A stretch of 64,000 nucleotides of DNA from Ophelia neglecta (lineage: Eukaryota), in the NCBI GenBank assembly GCA_965285935.1, contig OZ260661.1, positions 27,962,001 to 28,026,000 of the forward strand, read 5' to 3'. The position numbers and the translations under genes were made by a program. The stretch's first letter is position 1; each line of letters starts with the position of its first letter. Below the pieces are notes generated by a model. It ran no database searches, was not told the origin of the DNA, and saw only the letters and a program-made list of their open reading frames with translations. Shown one piece after another: positions 41,601-51,627 of the stretch.

Positions 41601-44600
41601 TCAAACAAAGAGCTCAGCTTGGCTCCGAAACAAAGATCCCGAGAATGGTAGGTGATAGGAGCCTCATCTTTTTCTATTTCAATTTGCGAAAATCACAAAG
41701 GACTAAATGCTTCTGGCAAATTGAAAGTAAAAAAAATACCAGAACACGAAATCGCCTCAACACCTTTCAGTGACTCAAAACATCCAAAAAGATTAACTAA
41801 GCCTGAGCACGATACTTTTTGAAAACGGGCAAGTTAGAACACTTCCTTTCAACCTTAATTGAATAGACTATTTGTATTCCCACTTATGTAAAAAGTGGAT
41901 ATTATTTATACCGTATTCTACGTAGTATTTACCGTAGGGTGGCATAATCATTCTAAAATCAACTTATACTTGTCGGCAGGAATGTTTATACTAGAGGCAT
42001 GTGTACAGAGTGAACCGACAGTAATCACTTCCCGCCTTCTTGCACTTTCAAGTGACAAATGCTTGAAAATGAAGATTTTCTTTCGCCATCGTGACCTGGT
42101 ACTTCACCTGAGATTCCTCGATAAATTTGATAATATGATGGATGAGATTGCTATCGAATCAGGCCCCTGTACAGGTCTAAGCACATGTACATCCTACAGC
42201 TTTGTGGTTCCTATGGCAACAAAATTAATGCAATTGAAAGCCATTCCCACCAACAAAGGCTACACTACTAAATGTGTGGCAGTAGACGATATTACGATAT
42301 CTGTGGATGATATATGCCACAGCCCATGTGAATCCTTAGGTTGTCACCTGGAGATCTCTGCCACTAACACACCGCCATCTGGCGGAGGCGTCCACCAACT
42401 GCCTGTCGCTGAAGGATTTTACCAAGTGCTACACGACGTGGGCGGTATATTTAATTGAAATAACTTCTTAGATTGTAACGAGCTAATATTTGTTTCCATT
42501 GTTAGTAATGATTTTATCCACTGTCCAAAATGTCATGTCGCGAAATATTGTCCAATATGTTTGTGTTATTTATATTATGAAGAAATTCTTGTTTGTCACA
42601 CATTATCTTTGTGTAGCATCATATATACAAAGGCATATATTTGCACAATAGGAGACTCGATGGACGCATTTGAAATGTCCGTGGGCCAAGCGATCGATCG
42701 CCTTGTACATAAGTATGATTACTGCTATTTTGGCATAATTACACTATTATCATTATTGTAAATCTCATCATTAATTTTAAGTTTAAAGCCGAACTAAATC
42801 ATATTTATTTCGTATTGAAACTCATTTCTCAAACAAACGTCAGAGACTTTAGTAATGCCCTTCGAAAGGAACGAAATTAATCCCAGCTATAGACAGACAT
42901 TTTGATGTGGGGCCGTGCGAGGTTTTTCCCCGCAAATATACACCACTTAGCCCTTTTGAAAACCTAAACTCAAGATTTATTTGCTTCGGAAGCATTGCGT
43001 GTTTTCAAAAATCAAATTGTTAACTCCATTCAATGAATTGCCATTTTTTTTAAACTACTTGAATGCATATTCACTTGAATCCGAAGGAAAATTGGTAGGT
43101 GGAACAACACGCTGACAATTATGTAGCTGGTTTTGGCTCAGAACAGAGTAAAGATTATTCAGACATTGCTTTTATCATCAATCAAAGGTGCACATGGTAC
43201 GGGGAAAGTTGCGCGGATGATGCCTTAGGTGTCGAAATTACCAATGCTGGAAAATGCCTAACATTCAATAACAAGGGGGATGCTTTAGTCGACATGACTG
43301 GTAAGTGTTCAATGTCAGATAAGAGTTGCTAGAAAGATATGTTTTAAAACCAGTATCATATGTTCTCATCGTAAGCATTCGCGCTTGTCTACGTACAGGG
43401 GCTGAATTCGGAGTGCGTTTTACACTGAATGTTGAACAATACGAATATGTTAGGGGCTATGGACAAAATGCTGGGGTCAAGGTTAGTGATGAGTTATTCA
43501 AAATATTTTCCAAAATTTACTAGCGCAGGGCATTAAAAATTTAGCATATATTGAAAGAAGACGTTGCAACTGAATGTATGTCGTCTCTGCCCCAAGCTTT
43601 ACTAATCTAATAAACATTGTTGTATTGCATGTAGTTATTTTTCTGAGTTTGAATAACAACTGCTATGTTACAGACAATAACTTTTATTGCTTTTTTTATG
43701 AGAGAAAAAAACAGCCATTTATTGTTTTGGTTGGTGTTACAGGTTCATTTACGATCTCAGCATGACTTGCCAAATGTGAGAGATCAAGGTTTTGCGGTGG
43801 CGCCAAATGCACATTCATTGGCTTCTTGTAAATATGTGGTGGTAGGCATACTAATTTATTTTAATATCACATTAAGGTATATGCTAATTTATAGAACATG
43901 ATATCAAATTATGAATAATTATGAGAAAAAAACAGACACTTATTTTCTGTTGATACTTTTAATTTATCTTATAAATGATCATATGTGTTTTTTTGTGTGT
44001 TGTTTTTGGAAAGACTGAAAGTTTGGGACATCCCTATGGAAACTGCTCAGAGAAAGAACTGAAATATGACAAAGGGCCTTATTCCAAACTACGCTGCCAG
44101 CGCGAATGTATGATGGAGAAGCATGTAACGGACTGTGGTTGCCGTGAACCAGACAGTATAGGTATATTCATTGTAATTTTATTATCGATATTTCTCGTCG
44201 TAGCCTAAAGAGTTGTAATGATCCCTTCCTAGTTCCTTTTAATGAGTTTTATGCAAAAAAAAGCCCGTGCAACAAGAATTATACTCGATTTATGTGAAAG
44301 TTAATACAGATGGAACTAATGAGGGTTTACATTTGAAATCTATGGCACATTACGCCACGTCATGCTAAGTTCCAGAGAAAAATAAATTTCCTGTTTAAGA
44401 GAGAAGCTATGTTAGCGTTACTGCGGTTTGAATAACAATTAGAACATTTCTCATTTTAGGACCGTTTCCGGTGTGCACAATCGCACAGAATCTACGTTGT
44501 AACGAAATAGGAGCAAGTACGTGGTAACTTTTTAATCGACAGTTTTAAATAAAAAAGTGCGCGATATCAAAGGGCGATAATGATAATATCCTTCATTTGT

Positions 44601-47600
44601 TGAGGATCAAACTCTCTGAACCATTATACTGACTCGTTGTCACTGCTTATCTCCGACACCCATCCCCCTATCCTCATCCCTCCACTGATTCGAGATTCCC
44701 CTAAATTATTGTTACAACCAGAATGAATTTAAAATTTCGGAGAAATAGACTCACCTCGGTTTGAATAGGCATATACATGTATATCAAGTGAAGGTTTTAC
44801 TCGAAAGATAATATCGCAACAATAACTGCAATGTGATATATGCTGTAGTTATAATGTAGTTATTATGGTTTCTGGAATATTCGAAACAGACGATAGCAAA
44901 TAACGTCATTCCTCTCCAATAATACAAAAATATAACGCATGATACATTGGAATACATCTGGGTTAATCATGCATTGTTCGGTCACAATAACCCTTTGGCG
45001 AAAACCACATGATGCACTTGAAAATGTCGTTATTGCTTTCAATTAAAGAGCAAGGAAAAATGTTTTCAATAATGATTATAATAAGTATACAACTAACAAC
45101 GCAAATAACAATAATCTGTATACGTTAATAACACACGAAAGATTACAGATAAAATAAACAAAGAGTAAGGAACAAAAGGAAATATCACACAACAATGAGG
45201 ACCGGGTCGCCGATGGGGCATTGGTCCTAACAATACAATAGAGAAATGTCTTGATATGGGCTAAGTTTGGAATGCCGTTTGGAATAGCTTCTTCATACCG
45301 GAGTCTGAAATAATTTGATACTCAACGACATGTATGGGTAATTCTGAATATTTCTCGATTCGGTACAAGTTATGTGATGACAATGTTTAGAAAAATCGAT
45401 TCTAATAATGGCTTATTAAACCTGATTGATCAGCCTAAAGCATTGATACCAAGCAAGATTTCAGTAAATAATTAAGTATTGAAGAATAGACCTTTGGCGA
45501 ACTGATTATGGCAAAGCCCGAATATCCAAATCCAATGAAACATGTTGTATTATGTCAAATTGTTCGAGCTGTATACCTGCACACCAAATAGCGATAGCAT
45601 GGTTATCCTCACCTCCCACCATTTCAAAAAATATTTTATCCTTTTCCCTTATCAAAATCAAATTCTTTATTTGCAGATAAGATTACAAATGCTGTTTCAG
45701 ATTGTAATTGCCCAGACAATTGCACTATAACCTCGCAGAGTGTTGAGTTGTCGAGTGGTCAGATCTCAAGCTTGTCTGCTGATGAACTTGTAACTGGGCG
45801 CAAGCAGTTGATCGAAGAACATTATCATCGGGCTTTGGAAACAAGACATAGGACTGATGCTGAAATGATCGTTGAAACTATTAGTCTAATGACGGAAACA
45901 ATGGAAAGCCTGAATACATTTAGATATTACATTGAAGGAAATCTGAAGTTCAATTCAATGTCAACCTTGGGAATGATATTGAGCGCTTTGGAAAAGATTA
46001 GTACCCATATATTTCAAGAACAAAATAAAACCTTCGAGCATTTCCATAGCGCCATCAGTGCCTTTCAGACTGAAATGAAACCGACCCTGTCGAACGCCAT
46101 TGATCTGTACATGGACGCCGTTACAACTTTAAAACTATACGAAGACTCTGTTGACAAAAATGAAACATTGTGGAATAACAATGCATTATGGACCGAAAAG
46201 GTTATGACATCACTGCATATGGCATTAGACGGATTGTTTTTATTGAAGCGATACAACTCGGAAAATGAGATGGTGCCTTCTATACACAATCTATTTGGAC
46301 GGACTCAGTTCGAGGACTGCACAACCCTTTACGGAGATGCCTACGGAGAACTCTTGCTCGAAGCTTTTGCTATAACACAATGTCTAACTAATCTCACAAA
46401 ATATGATTGCTTACGCGAGGTGTACCATAATTATGGTCTATCAACAACATTTTTACCGCCAGCATCTGACGAGACAGCAAGACGGCTGTATCATAGTATG
46501 TTGCGTAATAAGGATTTTTCAATTTTAAATCCGGAAACATACTTTGACAGCATGTCAGGTCGGTTTAAGACAAACGCCCAGAAGTTCAAAGAGTGTCACA
46601 CCATGTACCTAAAATTTATACAAGAAACAGACTCGTGGCTGAAGCAAACTTCAAAAAATAGTTTTACCCAGGAATTTTCCATTTCCAAAGATGTCAAAGA
46701 ACTAAACAGATACTCGGAGAGCCTGGAGGCAAAGCTCAAAGATTATTTGTCACACAACATGACGAAACTAGAATTAGCCGAAGACATAACGAGAGACGAA
46801 GAGTCTACCCATATTGTGGACCACATTGCGTCCAATGTGGAGCAATATCTCGAACCTCTGAAAACGTTCATGTATACCTATGAAGATAGGTTGCTGACAC
46901 TTGCCCATGAAACTTATGATAGAGCCCTAGCGTGGCAGGGCTTCATGCCTAATATAGATTCCATTGAGCAAAACGCTCGCCAGTCATTCCTCTGGAAGAA
47001 ACCAACCGTGGACATTGAAAACCCAGAGGTACATTTTGATTTTAGTATAAAACTCTATTATATTGCATGTTGTAAGGGAAGCAAAAATAGCTTATGAAAG
47101 TGACGACTATTTTTAACCATTTAGTATTTAGACAACTTTCTTAGTAGCCTAATGATTATAATGGGATCTTTTTAATTCACAGCTGATAATTTTCCACCTG
47201 GACAATCAAACGGTCAAAAATGAGGTGTGGCCTGAGCATCAAACATTTCGTTCTTTCTTAGAAGGCTCGGGGAAACAAATTATTACAAAGGAGATTCAAA
47301 GTTTATTCGAAACTCTGAAGGACAAGAATAATCACATCCTAGCACATGTAAGAGAACATGCTCAGACCTACGAGGGCCACGTGGACCGTTTGTTGGGATA
47401 CCTTCGAAAGTATGTTGAAGAATCCCAATTGGGGATACCATTTGTCAGGTACAATTCTGTTTCCTTTTTAGCGTTATTATATTTGTTATAGTGCATGATC
47501 CATAACATGACTGGGATTCGAATCCCAGCCATATCCTGCAACTTTGACATATAAGCATAAATGTAATGTCAGATTGGAATTTCATTTATATGCCTATAAT

Positions 47601-48612
47601 GCTTGAGTCTGTATCAGAGAAAATCCTGTTTTCTCAATTTCGAAATACATATAAATTAGTTGCAGTGTATAGTGATTTGTGTGAATCAGCATGATTGTGT
47701 AGTGAAAACACTATATTTAATGTGTCTTATAAAAACGTGGGACATTTCCCAATTGAATGGTATGGATATTAATTTGTATGTTGTGTTAAAATCAACGAAT
47801 ATACGAAGCTTAACGCTCTGTGCGAGTTGCCTTCTATGTCGCATTCGACGTGAAAGAGTTTGATCCATCCTTGGCATATTACCCTGGTTTCAATGCATTG
47901 GTGTAACAGATATACAATTAGCGTTGAATTGGCTTATTTACTTTATATCGGCCCAAATCTAGGTTCATGGAAATTTTAAGAATTTCGTTATTTGCACGCA
48001 GCTAGTTGACCCTTAATAATGGAAAATCAATCTGACCTAAATCCGAGCATATCAATTTTATTTGAACATGCTAAATGCTGGTCGTTTTGGATGTTTATCA
48101 TGTAGTGTATAAAATAAGCAACCAACAATATTATAATTTCAAACAGTATGCCAACTTGACACTATGTGCAAAGAAACCATAAGTCTTATTCTGGTTTCCT
48201 CGCTTTTCCTTTTTGTTCTTTGTTGTACAAATTTGCCAATCACCTACATAAGCATTGTAATGATAATCTGTTGTTTTTTTTTTCGATAAAAGAGAAAATT
48301 TCCTGAAGCTCGATATTTATTACGGAGAGCTGAAGTTTGAGAGGGTGGAGCAGTCTGTGGCCTACGACATCCTGGCACTTTTTAGTGAGTTTACTCATTC
48401 CATTTAAAAAATTTACACAACTCAGGAAACTCATGTTGGATGAACGTTAAAAAGTTAAAGTAAAAATATTTTGATATGATACTGTTTTTCTCACAGGTGA
48501 TATGGGTGGATACATGGGATTATTACTCGGATGCAGTGCCATTACTATTTTGGAAGTTTTGGATCTCTTTGTACTTAACTTTTGGAAAAAGTTCAGCAAT
48601 GCATGCCTATAG
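28714..48612 (+). CDS. Giant multi-domain DEG/ENaC (ASIC-like, amiloride-sensitive Na+ channel family) subunit, >=33 coding exons, ~2,430 aa, 5' start exon not identified
   Basis: Manually spliced exons: 28714-28834, 29167-29334, 29538-29617, 30263-30529, 32860-32991, 33689-33953, 34085-34209, 34380-34640, 34829-34939, 35086-35241, 35317-35679, 36267-36422, 36548-36732, 37277-37436, 37616-37984, 38641-38766, 38994-39395, 39507-39596, 39721-40053, 40173-40271, 40462-40824, 41537-41647, 41980-42444 (alternative donor 42327), 42652-42712, 43188-43300, 43399-43481, 43743-43841, 44014-44161, 44460-44516, 45677-47028, 47183-47448, 48293-48384, 48497-48612. Phases are compatible throughout and no internal stop was found (7295 nt + 1 nt from an upstream exon = 2432 codons including the stop). 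Family motifs: TTMHGVRYI, TM1, FPSITICNEN, CTWYGESC, GKCLTFN, LNVEQYEY, CQREC/CGC, CNCPDNC, NFLKLDIYY, SDMGGYMGLLLGCSAITILE. Confidence 0.85.
30263..30529 (+). CDS. PAN/Apple-like domain exon (phase 1-1)
   Basis: CLNLC...CSGVFYDRIERSCIV...YYRRRRC fits the PAN/Apple Cx3C...CxxFxY...C pattern; AG/GTGAGT boundaries. Confidence 0.7.
30582..30761. mobile_element. Tc1/mariner-type MITE in a channel intron (same family as 59568-59746)
   Basis: GAAACCTG...CAGGTTTCACTG ends, internal GACCAC/GTGGTC repeats, TA flank. Confidence 0.6.
30829..31042. mobile_element. MITE with TIRs, 8-bp TSD (AGATGAAA) and CCCTAA-like core
   Basis: TIR GGCTTTTGATTAAAAGCGG / CCGCGTTTAATCAATAGCC; TSD at 30821-30828 and 31043-31050. 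Confidence 0.8.
32860..34209 (+). CDS. MAM domain 1 (3 exons)
   Basis: CNFEGNACPF...W...DNT...SGHYLYL...ISP...CLVMFY...W...IILEG...FAIDDISVKPC: all MAM hallmark motifs. Confidence 0.88.
34380..34640 (+). CDS. Kringle domain exon
   Basis: ECITTRHGHDYLGNKS...KCQPW...ENFCRNIPG...SPSCYV...PCSIPYC: six-Cys kringle with YxG, CQxW and NFCRN motifs. Confidence 0.88.
34829..34939 (+). CDS. LDL-receptor class A repeat exon
   Basis: [36 protein letters not shown]: six Cys plus the DCxDxSDE Ca2+-binding motif; phase 1-1. Confidence 0.93.
35086..35679 (+). CDS. MAM domain 2 (2 exons)
   Basis: CDFEEEYICGY...DWTRHRG...GYYMLFDS...LVFWLHM...GWKK...YQLVFRA...SDIAIDNVYI. Confidence 0.9.
36267..37984 (+). CDS. 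Divergent MAM-like domain 3, with halves (36267-36422 and 37616-37984) flanking the CUB exons
   Basis: The first exon is 156 nt, like the first exon of MAM2, and ends ...RWSI...DDHEAESHDG (compare the MAM W...DHT...G motif). The second exon has ...YCL...AWHSIAINI...FRLIV...AAITKVFLDSGIC, a MAM C-terminal pattern. Confidence 0.55.
36548..37436 (+). CDS. CUB domain (2 exons, 36548-36732 and 37277-37436)
   Basis: CGAHFYGSHGVVFSPNYPNLYPPGLECIYTI...CMYDNLQI...FCG...ITITFITD...RGFFLRY: canonical CUB. Confidence 0.93.
38641..42444 (+). CDS. Four further divergent MAM domains (MAM4 38641-39395, MAM5 39507-40053, MAM6 40173-40824, MAM7 41537-42444), two exons each
   Basis: Each starts with a short exon carrying CxF/Y(D)xxxCG/S...W (CVFDDRAQCGF, CTFKEQHHCGY, CDYGHPANCSF, CTFDDNNLCGF). 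A longer exon follows with LxSP/S, usually CL, and a terminal Cys; MAM7 keeps VAVDDITI. Confidence 0.75.
42652..45760 (+). CDS. DEG/ENaC core ectodomain: end of finger, beta-ball, palm, thumb
   Basis: GQAIDRLVHK/CTWYGESC...TNAGKCLTFN/GAEFGVRFTLNVEQYEY...NAGVK/VHLRSQHDLPNVRDQGFAVAPN/LGHPYGNC...YSKLRCQREC...CGC/PVCT...C/DCNCPDNC. Confidence 0.92.
45761..47448 (+). CDS. ~490-aa insertion in the knuckle region, probably alpha-helical (exons 45677-47028 and 47183-47448)
   Basis: Open frame between the beta10 equivalent (SVELSSGQIS) and beta11 (RENFLKLDIYY); rich in E/K/L/T/M, low in Pro/Gly, with amphipathic periodicity; no recognised domain. Confidence 0.8.
48293..48612 (+). CDS. DEG/ENaC beta11-beta12, TM2 and short C-terminus, stop TAG 48610-48612
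   Basis: ENFLKLDIYYGELKFERVEQSVAYDILALFS/DMGGYMGLLLGCSAITILEVLDLFVLNFWKKFSNACL*. Confidence 0.93.
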
Positions 48613-48742
48613 AATCACAGACTACCTTTGAGGAGTAATTCGACAACGGATATAATAAGGCAGATGGACCCATGATAAGACAATTAAAATGATCTATATG
48701 TTCCCTTGTTCTTCACACGAGGAACTTATTTTTCATAAAGCA

Positions 48743-48748
48743 AATAAA
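48743..48748 (+). promoter_or_regulatory. Candidate polyadenylation signal AATAAA (alternatives at 49123 and ~49419)
   Basis: AATAAA ~130 nt downstream of the stop codon; the AT-rich context weakens specificity. Confidence 0.35.
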
Positions 48749-50570
48749 ACAAAGAGCTGCATTTAAGAATATGTTATAGTCCGCACGTTCTACTACCAGC
48801 GATTCGAGTTTTTGGCATTAAATAGTTTTGTTTGGGCGTGGGGGGGGGGGGGGGGGCTCTGTTAGCTGCCGAGTTTAAATGAACAGCGAATGAGACATGT
48901 GATGTTGGTATTAGTCTCATGGTATGAGGGTTTGACGTATGTCCTCGAGCATACTCTTAAATGTACCAAAAAATAGCTTTTTATCAAAAAACACACTAAA
49001 ATAATTAGCGTTTGGCACTGTTATTAAGTATAAACAGCACTTGTCATGTTTTTGCAATATATAAATGTTTTGTCCGATATAATCACAAATATTGCATGAG
49101 AAAGTGTGTACCTCTGCAAATCAATAAATCAATTATCATTATTATCAACTCGCAATTTTCTGATGAATTTTTTTCTTGTAAATCACTCTGACATATCACA
49201 CATCTGTATCATTTATAACATAGTCAAGTAGCATTAACCTTGTAACATTGAATGAATTATTTGAGCGTTTGTAATTGATATCCATTTACAAATACATTTG
49301 TATTTTTGCACACTGCACTTAAAGGCCTATATTTTAAATTTTAAAAAAATCCCGTAAGAAGAATATAAAGAAGTGTTCTATATAAAAGCTTGTTGAAGCA
49401 ATGATTTGCTTTAGTCTCAATAAAATACGTTTTCTTTGTTCTATTTGGTTTCTTGACATTCAATATTTTTGTTATTCTGACTGTTAATGTAAGAACTTAC
49501 CTTGAGAACCTTGTGGCATTCTTGTATCATATTTGTGTGTTTTGGTATATAAGACTAGACTATATGGGCAAATGATTTGAAAAAATATATTTGATCAAAC
49601 ATACGACGTATTGTAAACGTACTGTATACTTCAGGGCCATCGGCATCGGGTTTTGTCTCTAGCACAACTCATTTTTGGACTAAGTCAAAACCAAACGATC
49701 ACACCATAAAGCACAGCCCGTGACCATTCGTAAAATGTTAATACTACCATTGCGTTACAAATATCTTATATTATATACCCACTAAATCATTTAAATCGCC
49801 ATTATAATGATGTCGTCATTTACGCTGCTTCCAAAATTAGCGCCTTAAAAATGTTGCCGGGTTGTTCCATCAATTGTCGATGATGTTGAAGTAGTTAATC
49901 ATTTGCGCCTTTTCGATTACGTCAGTGTGAACGAAAAGGATTTCTTTCCAAGAATGACCAGGAATTAATCAAAAGTAAATGGTAGGTCAGTTTTTCGTTA
50001 AAAGCAGAAACGACAGAAGAAGAGCATCACATGAAAAATTGCCTTACGAAGAGCAAAAGCTTCCGTTCCTGATTTCAGAAGTCATCTTCTAGGTTTCACC
50101 ACGCAACGTTTAGGCCTACTGTGGTCCGCGAAAATCTCATTGTAAATGTGATTACATCATAGGCCTACATGTGCTAGCTAACTCTTTAGGTTGAGCCGTA
50201 GGCTTTGAACATAAATAAGTTGCTCAGCACAATTGCTCCTAAAATATGAACAAACTTAATTAACATTTTCTTTCATCGCAAGAACACACGGTCAAGCTGT
50301 TGCACGAATGATCGATGTGCCGATAGTAATGGAGGTTGTTTAATGACTGTGTTAGTGCCAATAAGGTTGTATGTAGCAACACGTTAACAATTTTAAGTGC
50401 GTATTAATCAGTCATATCACACTTTTTATAAGCACAGGTACGTGTAGGGCTGTAAATCAAGCCACATCACTTCCAATATTGCAATACGTATTCACATAGG
50501 GTAATGTAGGCACTTCCTTCATAATCCTGAGTGATTATCAATAATAGGCCTAGCCTAACACAATTTTATA

Positions 50571-51283
50571 GGTAGTTACTAAAACGCTGACCGGATTTTC
50601 ACTGACCCATAAGCACAATGGTTAACGGTCAGTGAAAATGCAATCAAATTAGCTGACCCATAAGGATTACATTGGATAGGCGTGAATGCCGTGAATGCTA
50701 CTGTGGACATGTCAGTGATTTTAGTATACATGTAGTATCATATGCTGGTCAGTGATTTTTGTATACATGTAGTATCATATGCTGGTCAGTGATTTTAGTA
50801 TACATGTAGCCCAGGGGGGGGGGGGGGGGCACTCAAAATTGGAGGTAGGTAGGTAGGCTCCGCTGGAATGACCCCCCTTTTTTCAGGTCGCATAGAATTT
50901 TGATACCTACTTTTTGCATGCAACATAGAATTTTGAACCCCTGTTTTCACTCAACATAGAATTAAGCCCCTAATTTTTAATGATACAATACCTGAGGAGA
51001 GTTATTTTTAAAAACAATGAATTTGTTTGGCCTAAAAGGTTGAACTTGCATAGGAGTATTTGCAATAAAATTTAGAATTTAAAAAAGTAAATTAATGTTG
51101 CTTATATTCCCTAAGCCTATGCCTATATCCATAGTCTTCCACCATGTCCACAGTAGCATTCACGGCATTCACGCCTATCCAATGTAATCCTTATGGGTCA
51201 GCTAATTTGTTTGCATTTTCACTGACCGTTAACCCTTGTGCTTATGGGTCAGTGAAAATCCGGTCAGCGTTTTAGTAACTACC
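50571..51283. mobile_element. Non-autonomous Mutator-like (MULE/foldback) element, ~141-bp TIRs, 9-bp TSD AATTTTATA
   Basis: Near-perfect inverted repeats at 50571-50711 and 51143-51283; TSD at 50562-50570 and 51284-51292. Confidence 0.9.
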
Positions 51284-51627
51284 AATTTTATATGCACATA
51301 AACGGGGTGGGTGCAGACTATTTCCACCCTGGACATGGACCTTGAATTACAGAGAATATATATAGTCCTAATTTTCGGTTCGTGCTAGTCGATTCAAATT
51401 TAAAAATGAAAATCTACAAACCGTTAGAGATAGTTCACAGAAATGTTGTCGCTGATACTGTTGGTCTGGTCTGGCTCAGTAAACAACCGATAATGTGTAT
51501 GATATATAATACGTGTGTTCGACAAATGACATAGACATGGTGTTGTACTACTCTGTGGCAGTATATCGGTATACTACTAGCTACGTCTTACTCGACTTAC
51601 AATCTAGAAACAAACAGGCCGGTTAAA

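Noticed and set aside
30263-42444. A separate MALRD1/apical-endosomal-glycoprotein-like gene nested between two channel fragments
   Set aside because: No start codon or signal-peptide exon, and no TM or stop exon, was found for the block; it is on the same strand and in phase with both channel halves. Not formally excluded without RNA data.
45748-47097. The 449-aa ORF as a stand-alone single-exon gene
   Set aside because: It begins at a non-ATG codon, continues upstream into DEG/ENaC thumb cysteines (acceptor 45677) and has a donor at 47028 leading to the channel C-terminus.
28714-48612. Assigning a gene symbol such as ASIC1
   Set aside because: Family membership is clear, but orthology cannot be established without phylogeny, and the ASIC-specific His is absent.
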